Positions 50,544 through 57,214 of a DNA stretch of 64,000 nucleotides are shown here, piece by piece. The notes under the pieces were generated by a model that saw only the letters and a program-made list of their open reading frames with translations, ran no database searches and was not told the origin of the DNA. This DNA comes from Synechococcus sp. (GTDB taxonomy: Bacteria > Cyanobacteriota > Cyanobacteriia > PCC-6307 > Cyanobiaceae), in the NCBI GenBank assembly GCA_047285535.1, contig JBJBDC010000001.1, positions 2,400,136 to 2,464,135 on the forward strand, in the 5' to 3' direction. Numbering within the stretch: position 1 is the stretch's first letter; every line of letters starts with the position of its first letter. Both the position numbers and the translations under genes were made by a program.

Positions 50544-52043
50544 ATGGAATGGATACTTGACAACATCTCAACAGCCGGCCTCTCAATCCTATCCATTCAG
50601 TCATTCATTTTCATCATAACCATATGGCTGAGCATATATCAAGAGAAAAAGCTATCCCCACTAAAGAAGAAACTAAAAAACTGCAGAGAACAGATTGCAG
50701 ATAATATCAACTTAATAGACACAGAGAGTTCAAAGAATCGGGCGTTAGAACTCGCAATCGAATGCAAAGAAAGATATCAACATGCAGCCTCTGCAATTGA
50801 GAACATAAGCGCTGAGACCATTGCAGCTAACACAATTGATGAATACCAGATCATTAGAAAAGGGCCAAAGAAATGGACATTGGGAGAGGTAAATGAACTC
50901 ATTACTGGAGCACCAACATTTCTAATTACACTTGGACTAATAGGTACTTTTTATGGACTCATTCAAAATATGGCGAAGCTCTCTCTACTCTTGACTACGC
51001 AGGAGAACCTAGGCCAGACAGAGGGGTTGATTAACAACTTTGCAAATATCTTTCCCGCCATGGGAGCAGCATTCTCAACCAGTCTTGCTGGTGTATTTTA
51101 CAGTTCAATGATTTGGATTCTAAGCATCCTGTTCGGCACAATTAACAGCAGGGAAAAGCTGGAACAATCAATGTGTGATTACTTAGAACATATTGTTCAA
51201 GTGAACTGTAGAACCTCGTCATTAAGTGCAGCACTCGACAGAATGGAAGATATACTTACAGATTATTTAAGCAACTTCACCAATATCGTAGGGGGTACTA
51301 TTGAAAAATCAGTAGACAGAGCAATAGGCAATTTAGTAAATACACTAAAGAATCACGTTGATAATACGGCAGCTTTTACTAGAGAGATTGAAATAAGCTG
51401 CGGTCAACTAAAAGGTGCTGGAGAAGTCTTTTCTATTGCCGCAGAGCAACTCCACGAAAGCTCTTTTGCAGACGAATTCTCTAATGCCTGCTCAAAATTT
51501 ATAGATCATACTAATTTACTAGAGCAAGCATCGCAGAATATTAAAGTCAGTTCTTTAAATCTAAGCAGGAGCATCAATGATCTCAATGGCGTCATTGAGA
51601 GTACAGGAGAACTTCAGTCAGCACAGCTTAGTGAATTAGCTCAGTCAAGCAAGACGATGGCTTTAACATCATCATCATTGGTAGATTCGAACGACCAATC
51701 GATACGAGAACTGAACAATGCGGTACTTTCGATACAAAGTATTCAAAAGAGAGGGATGACATGGCTGAGCATGAGAGCCAAAACAGACGAAAAAATAACA
51801 GCTTTAAACGACGACCTTAGAAAAATAGTTGTGCAGTTTAGCGCTGTAAATGAGAGAATAATTTCATCATCTCAATCGACTTTTGACACTTACAAGCAAG
51901 AGGTAAATCGCATTACAGAATACGCCAGAGAATTGACGAAGCTCAGCAATGATAGGAGAAAGGATTATGAAGCCATAAGAGAAGGCCTCAATCAAATCAA
52001 ATCAATTGACGAAAAAGTGAGCAGACTCTCAAGCGATAAATGA
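50544..52043 (+). CDS. ZorA-like MotA/TolQ/ExbB-family channel protein with long helical tail
   Basis: TM1 at the N-terminus; APTFLITLGLIGTFYGL and MGAAFSTSLAG; about 290-aa heptad-rich cytoplasmic tail. Confidence 0.85.
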   Translation: MEWILDNISTAGLSILSIQSFIFIITIWLSIYQEKKLSPLKKKLKNCREQIADNINLIDTESSKNRALELAIECKERYQHAASAIENISAETIAANTIDEYQIIRKGPKKWTLGEVNELITGAPTFLITLGLIGTFYGLIQNMAKLSLLLTTQENLGQTEGLINNFANIFPAMGAAFSTSLAGVFYSSMIWILSILFGTINSREKLEQSMCDYLEHIVQVNCRTSSLSAALDRMEDILTDYLSNFTNIVGGTIEKSVDRAIGNLVNTLKNHVDNTAAFTREIEISCGQLKGAGEVFSIAAEQLHESSFADEFSNACSKFIDHTNLLEQASQNIKVSSLNLSRSINDLNGVIESTGELQSAQLSELAQSSKTMALTSSSLVDSNDQSIRELNNAVLSIQSIQKRGMTWLSMRAKTDEKITALNDDLRKIVVQFSAVNERIISSSQSTFDTYKQEVNRITEYARELTKLSNDRRKDYEAIREGLNQIKSIDEKVSRLSSDK

Positions 52044-52666
52044 GAAAGAAAAAATACTCATCATTAACCAATGAGCACAATACATGGATGTCACTGACAG
52101 ACATGCTGTCAAGCACTCTGATGATTACATTCTTATTTATTGCAGTAACAACATTGATCAGGGCGATGAACGCAAAACCACCCGTTATCAATTTACCTGA
52201 TACCGAAGAGTATAGATTTAACACTGGCAGCTTTAATGTGAGTCAAAGCTTCTCAAGGGCATTGAATGAGAATGCGATCCCTGAAATAGAAAGCACTATC
52301 TTCTGCTACGGGATTGATACAATTGAAATCGTCGGACATACGGATGGAAGACCAAATACAGGACGTGGAAACATAGATCAAACCATAGAAGCGGCATTTC
52401 GCACTTCAGATACGAAGAAAGTCATCATAGGGAGTAATCTCGATCTAGGTTTTATGCGAGCAATGGCAGTCAAAACCGAGATTGAGAAGACCCTTCTAAA
52501 GCAGGGGATTCGGCAAGTAAACTTTAGAATTCTATCTGCAGGAAGTACAATTAACGAAGATGGTGAATTCATGCCTGCAACAAACAAAGACCAACGCTCA
52601 CGAAGAAGAATTGAGATCCGATTTCTGAGAAGATCAAAAACACCATTCATACCTCAATGCAATTAG
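52040..52666 (+). CDS. ZorB/MotB-like protein with OmpA-like peptidoglycan-binding domain
   Basis: WMSLTDML TM segment with the conserved Asp; IEIVGHTD, NLDLGFMRAMAV, RRRIEIRF; ATGA overlap. Confidence 0.88.
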   Translation: MRKKKYSSLTNEHNTWMSLTDMLSSTLMITFLFIAVTTLIRAMNAKPPVINLPDTEEYRFNTGSFNVSQSFSRALNENAIPEIESTIFCYGIDTIEIVGHTDGRPNTGRGNIDQTIEAAFRTSDTKKVIIGSNLDLGFMRAMAVKTEIEKTLLKQGIRQVNFRILSAGSTINEDGEFMPATNKDQRSRRRIEIRFLRRSKTPFIPQCN

Positions 52667-52895
52667 TACATACATCAATAGAGTCTCCTAAGCGCATTAT
52701 GTAGTGTGGAGATACCAAGTAAATCTTTGGCGAGAGTGAACGGCCCTGCGGTAGTTTGAAATTCACGATCAGGCCGCGCTCTAGGTCGCCTTATAGAAAG
52801 CCACACTTGGCGATACCAGCCTGCCGCTCAATCCGCTCTATATATACTTTCACCCACTGAACACAACATATTTGGATCCAAAATAATGGCAACCG

Positions 52896-53099
52896 CTACA
52901 TCTTGCGGTGGGCCCTGGTTTGATGATAAGTAGAACATGAAATCTTGAAGCAACGCCATAGATGCATAAGATCAGGTTCTTTATTGACCGCTGGTAATTG
53001 CTTAGGTGGTTCAACTGCTGGTGGTGTTACCTGATCAACTGGAGTGACCTTTTCACGCCAGTTGGGTAATGGATTACTAGGTCGGCGTTTTTTAGGCAT
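52896..53099 (-). CDS. Small Pro-rich hypothetical protein, possibly truncated (adjoins scaffold B)
   Basis: MPKKRR...NW...DQVTPP resembles the remnant MEKPRRSRGNWDQVTTPQP* on the minus strand at about 55087-55146. Confidence 0.4.
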   Translation of the reverse strand: MPKKRRPSNPLPNWREKVTPVDQVTPPAVEPPKQLPAVNKEPDLMHLWRCFKISCSTYHQTRAHRKM

Positions 53100-53163
53100 G
53101 AGTTAAAACCATATTCTGCTTAGGCAAAGCTTTTGGAGTGCCAGGCTGGATCTCGATCAGCAG

Positions 53164-53252
53164 CCAGCCAGCGGGTCAGGCTGATTCGATAGGAACGACA
53201 TCCTCTTCTGTCACATTCACTAACTCACCGCCACGAGCGGGGTTTTTTAGTG
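53164..53252. repeat. Scaffold element B, copy 1 (ends in a terminator-like hairpin)
   Basis: ccagccagcgggtcaggctgattcgatagg...tcaccgccacgagcgggg aligns without gaps to 55178-55266 (offset 2014). Confidence 0.88.
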
Positions 53253-53368
53253 CCTTATAAACATTGTGAACAAGATCACAACCACGGTTGAGCTAGGTCA
53301 TCGAATGAGCTGTTGAATCCAGAGAAGGTGAGTTCACAGGAGGCACAGCCTCCACAGCATCTTGAATC

Positions 53369-53656
53369 ATGGGCCTTGAAAATTTTAGAAAGATTGGCAT
53401 TCTCACTCTCCTATCATTGAGTATTGCCTCAAGCTTCTTTAATGGAGTAAGTGCAACTCAAGGATTTGTTAAACACAAATCCTTGGCAACGCAAAAGGAT
53501 TGGGTTTCTTCGGAATTGCAAAGAGTCTCTGGCGCACAAGCAAGTGCAAGAAAATGGCAACCAAAGTGGTGCGGGAAAAAGAAGAAATGGAACGGCAATA
53601 AGAGACGTTGCGTCCAAAGAGAAGGATTCTTAAAGTGGAAATTCGGATGGGAGTAG
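53369..53656 (+). CDS. Small secreted basic hypothetical protein
   Basis: RBS ggagg upstream; signal-like N-terminus; Lys/Trp-rich C-terminus with two Cys; terminator follows. Confidence 0.6.
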   Translation: MGLENFRKIGILTLLSLSIASSFFNGVSATQGFVKHKSLATQKDWVSSELQRVSGAQASARKWQPKWCGKKKKWNGNKRRCVQREGFLKWKFGWE

Positions 53657-53697
53657 AAGAAAGATAAACGTATATCTACTTAAAATCTATGGATGTT

Positions 53698-53722
53698 AAC
53701 CCCGCCACAAGCGGGGTTTTTT
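53698..53722 (+). terminator. Rho-independent terminator
   Basis: aaccccgc-cacaa-gcggggtt followed by a T run. Confidence 0.85.
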
Positions 53723-53730
53723 ATTGCAGC

Positions 53731-53980
53731 GGGGAATGCTTTAAGTAGTTAGCTCTGATCAATGCACCTTGAAACCCAAATGACGTTAGCTCTTCTGCAG
53801 GAGCTACTGATGGCACTGAGGGCTAATGACGTTGATGGCTACAAGTCTTGGCTTGCCCTTGGCATTTAACAGCTTGGAAGGGATGTAGCTGCAGAAGTTG
53901 AATCGGAATGGATGGTGCCTTTATTAGTTGAAGAGGAGAGAGACAGGCTGATGGCTTGGCAGCTGGGAGTCAGCCTCTAA
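53731..53980 (+). pseudogene. Scaffold element A, copy 2 (full-length small gene 53762-53980 with premature stop)
   Basis: MHLETQMTLALLQELLMALRANDVDGYKSWLALGI*QLGRDVAAEVESEWMVPLLVEEERDRLMAWQLGVSL*; TAA at 53867. Confidence 0.85.
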
Positions 53981-54056
53981 CTCTTTTGGGGGATAGAAAA
54001 GCAGTGATCACTAACCGTTTGGGGGATGCGTGGACATCGTTTGATGAGAGGCTTAA

Positions 54057-54458
54057 ATGATGAATAATTCAGCCGCCTTGGTCCTACTCCTGCTTGCGGG
54101 ATGCTCCTTGAAAGCAGCGCTTCCAACTGTTGCAATTCAGCGTTGCTACGACGGCGATACTTGCACGACATCCTCAGGAGAGAAGATTCGACTGGCTTGT
54201 ATCGACACGCCAGAGGTTTCAGGTCACAAGGCTGACCCCGTACCGGCCAAGGCAGCAGGCGATTACCTACGCCGCATGGTCGTAGGCAAACAGCTGGAGA
54301 TACGCCGCATCACGAAAGACAGGTATGGCCGAACGGTGGGTGAACTGTATCTATCTGGCCCCCACATCACCCGGCGGAACGTGCAGCGGGAAATGGTTAG
54401 GAGTGGTCATGCAGTGGTCATACCTAAGTACGCCAAGCAGTGCCCCTGGACGGGATAA
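54057..54458 (+). CDS. Thermonuclease (staphylococcal nuclease-like), exported
   Basis: Signal/lipobox-like LLAGC; DGDT, IRLACIDTPE, DRYGRTVG, MVRSGHA. Confidence 0.9.
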   Translation: MMNNSAALVLLLLAGCSLKAALPTVAIQRCYDGDTCTTSSGEKIRLACIDTPEVSGHKADPVPAKAAGDYLRRMVVGKQLEIRRITKDRYGRTVGELYLSGPHITRRNVQREMVRSGHAVVIPKYAKQCPWTG

Positions 54459-54504
54459 GAAATTGCCGAATCTCAGTTTATTTCTGATCCGACAAACAAC
54501 CCAG

Positions 54505-55080
54505 ATGCCCAACTATTCACCCTACACAGAAAGCACAAAGCAGCGCATCGTGAAGTATGTGCACCAATATCCCGCGCATACAGGAAGGGAAATTGCAATT
54601 GCCCTGGGATTGGACAAGTCAAGGGTTAATAGTTTCCTTTACTCCGAAGGCAGAACGAGATTCAATCTAAGAGTTGACAATTGGCGATGGACTGCCTATG
54701 CCTGGACGCCGCCCACTCAACCGCGTCCGCCTGAACCTGATCCAACCCCAAGGCGATATTCAATTTGCGACGCACTAATCCAGATAAATATTACCGATGC
54801 AACGCTGAAAATTCGAGCGATGAATGAAACGACAGTCAATCTTGTATTTGCAGAAGATAAATACAACCTGCTAGATGATCGACTTAAAGCAGAACTTGCA
54901 ATTAGGAGGCAAGAGCTATTAGCAAGCAAGCCGACTGAAGCGAAGCACAAATCACCTCTCAGTAATCCATTGGTTTTAATTGCTATCGGCCTAATGGCAT
55001 TTTTCTTTATAGGTAATCTTATGAATAACTCCTCAACAGAACCCTCTCCGACAAGATCAATACCTGAATCGACCAGATAG
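54505..55080 (+). CDS. Hypothetical protein: N-terminal winged-helix-like domain, Pro linker, C-terminal TM
   Basis: TGREIAIALGLDKSRVNSFLY HTH-like; PLVLIAIGLMAFFFIG TM; start refined to ATG 54505. Confidence 0.65.
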   Translation: MPNYSPYTESTKQRIVKYVHQYPAHTGREIAIALGLDKSRVNSFLYSEGRTRFNLRVDNWRWTAYAWTPPTQPRPPEPDPTPRRYSICDALIQINITDATLKIRAMNETTVNLVFAEDKYNLLDDRLKAELAIRRQELLASKPTEAKHKSPLSNPLVLIAIGLMAFFFIGNLMNNSSTEPSPTRSIPESTR

Positions 55081-55177
55081 TTCTTTTCATGGCTGAGGCG
55101 TAGTTACTTGATCCCAGTTGCCCCTGCTTCTGCGTGGTTTTTCCATGGCTCCAAGCTGAGTTACCAAGATTACCTAT

Positions 55178-55266
55178 CCAGCAAGCGAGTCAGGCTGATT
55201 CGATAGGCTCGAAATCTTCCTCAGTCCCATTCGCTAGTTCACCGCCACGAGCGGGGTGTTTGATTG
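55178..55266. repeat. Scaffold element B, copy 2
   Basis: Homologous to 53164-53252. Confidence 0.88.
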
Positions 55267-55414
55267 TCTGCTGAAAAAAGCTGTTTAATCATGATTGAAC
55301 TTAAGCCTTAGCTGTTATTGATGAATTTTGCGTGTTCGGTCAATGGTCGGTTTTCACTGTCACGAATCAACCAATGATCCAGCAATCATTATTAGACCTT
55401 CAAATTCATTGAAA

Positions 55415-55585
55415 ATGTCTACTGAAATTCTCAATTGGCATATTGTCGCTCAGGCAATGGAAGCTGCTGGGGCTACATCAAGTCAGATGTATCTGCGTGC
55501 TAAAGCACTTTCCAAAGGCAAACTTGATCCAATGCCAACCAGCTTGCCAGAAGCTCCTTACAGCATTTCTGCAGTCGCAAGCTGA
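55415..55585 (+). CDS. Small hypothetical protein (picocyanobacterial type)
   Basis: MSTEILNWHIVAQAMEAAGATSSQMYLRAKAL..G.LDPMPTS; hairpin gccccgc-gtaa-gtggggc follows at 55604-55621. Confidence 0.7.
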   Translation: MSTEILNWHIVAQAMEAAGATSSQMYLRAKALSKGKLDPMPTSLPEAPYSISAVAS

Positions 55586-55639
55586 TAGCTGAAATCACAA
55601 ATAGCCCCGCGTAAGTGGGGCAACCACTTTGTTTTGACT

Positions 55640-55852
55640 ATGAAAAATCATCATCTATCTGTTGAGCAAAAATTTAATCTTGAGGCTGCTTATCGACAAA
55701 TTGATGCCTGTGACGACATCAATCAACTGCGTCAACTCACGAAGCATCTCATTACTTCACAAGAGAATGAGAAAGCTTTTGCGCGCGAAGCAATCAAACA
55801 TATGCGCAGGGAAATTGAATCCTTGACGGTAAAGGGTCTTGATTTCCAGTAG
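55640..55852 (+). CDS. Small helical protein, NblA-like candidate
   Basis: 70 aa; starts LSVEQKFNLE; predicted helix-loop-helix. Confidence 0.6.
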   Translation: MKNHHLSVEQKFNLEAAYRQIDACDDINQLRQLTKHLITSQENEKAFAREAIKHMRREIESLTVKGLDFQ

Positions 55853-55933
55853 TTAGCTTGTGGCAAGCATCTACATGTTTTTGTGTTATTGCTGACTTGT
55901 TAGTAATCTATTGACCTTAGATCAAGAAATTCG

Positions 55934-56140
55934 ATGGGTTCAAACCCACCACCACCACCAGATTGTCTGCAACTAAAGCAACCTCAGCGGCAGGTGGCGA
56001 GTGTGGTGAAGGCAGACCTAAGCGACCTCGATCGCGTTGATATGCTCTCCAGCAAAGTGCAGATCCTGGAGCAAATCGCTACGGATGCCGTTGCCGCAAT
56101 CCGGTTGCTGAACGCACTGGTTGGCTTTGGAAAAAGTTAA
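55934..56140 (+). CDS. Small hypothetical coiled-coil protein
   Basis: 68-aa ORF with a heptad-like C-half; stop overlaps the stop of the convergent regulator. Confidence 0.45.
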   Translation: MGSNPPPPPDCLQLKQPQRQVASVVKADLSDLDRVDMLSSKVQILEQIATDAVAAIRLLNALVGFGKS

Positions 56141-56844
56141 AGCGAAGGATTGATAAGGCCGTAAGCCATCGCCATCACCGCTAATTGAGTTCGATCACGC
56201 GCTCCGAGCTTGCCCATCGCGTTGACCACATGTGTCTTGACGGTTTCCACAGAGATATTGAGCGTGCTTGCAATCAGCTGATTTTTGAATCCATGGGCAA
56301 TGGCAGAGACAACGTCAACTTCTCGCTTCGTTAGGTCTTCAATCAATGTTGGCTTCTTAAAAATTGGCTTTTGAGAAGCCAGTCGACGAATTTCTTCAGG
56401 GTAATAAATCTGACCTTCAGAGAGTGTTTTTAGGGCTTGAATGAAATCTCCGTGACCTGTTCCTAAGCTGGATTTAAAGATCACACCGTTTGCATAGGCA
56501 TCCATCGCTTCATTCACCACATCTTTAGTTTCACGGACGAGCACAATCAATCGTTGACAGCTTGGACGCTGGGCATGAACCCGCTTAATCAAGTCGATTC
56601 CGTATCCGGTTTCCAGATCTGAACTACAGATCAAAAGATCGGCTTTCGCTCTCATCACTAATCCAAAACCTTCGTCTTCCGTAGTGGCAGCTCCACACAC
56701 CACAGGTCTGAGTGGTTCAGTGAGACAAAGGCTCATTAAGGCCAGCCTGTCTCCCATACAGAGCACGACACGCTTGTTTTGAAGCAGCTCCTTGGCTTCG
56801 GCTACAGCTCCCTGAAGAATTTGCGACTTAAGGAGCAGCTCCAT
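56137..56844 (-). CDS. NarL/LuxR-family response regulator with atypical receiver
   Basis: LuxR HTH LTKREVDVV..IAHG.KNQ.IA..LNISVETVKTHV; receiver beta3 reads DLLICS. Confidence 0.92.
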   Translation of the reverse strand: MELLLKSQILQGAVAEAKELLQNKRVVLCMGDRLALMSLCLTEPLRPVVCGAATTEDEGFGLVMRAKADLLICSSDLETGYGIDLIKRVHAQRPSCQRLIVLVRETKDVVNEAMDAYANGVIFKSSLGTGHGDFIQALKTLSEGQIYYPEEIRRLASQKPIFKKPTLIEDLTKREVDVVSAIAHGFKNQLIASTLNISVETVKTHVVNAMGKLGARDRTQLAVMAMAYGLINPSL

Positions 56845-57099
56845 GCAAAGCGATCATCATCAGAGCCTTTCTAGGCATTCAGACCTTGGGCTGCCACCAA
56901 CATTAAGACAAGGACGAGTCTTTTTAATCTCTTGCAGGTCGAGCAAACAATCAATACACATAAACCAATCGCAAGGTTAGTTATGACAGCTTGAAGCCCA
57001 TTGGATTCTTCAGGCATGAGCCATATTCAAAACAAGGTTTCCGGGCCAGCCGAATAACCACTTGCTGAGCTAGCACCTTGCAATAAGCACTCTTACACC

Positions 57100-57158
57100 T
57101 CCCCCATTAGGGGGAACAAAGAGACCAAACAAGCTCTGAGGATCCCCCGATTGGGTGA
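57100..57158. promoter_or_regulatory. Two candidate 7-2-7 operators between the regulator and the giant gene
   Basis: TCCCCCA-tt-AGGGGGA (57100) and TCCCCCG-at-TGGGTGA (57143). Confidence 0.5.
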
Positions 57159-57214
57159 TGACATGAATTAACAAATAAGAGAAAGTAGCTCTGCTCATCA
57201 GGTAAGGCTCAAGA

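Noticed and set aside
50544..52666. Flagellar stator motAB or housekeeping exbBD/tolQR
   Set aside because: No flagellar, tonB or tolA context; the long tail and OmpA domain do not fit ExbBD/TolQR; island location favours a Zorya-like reading
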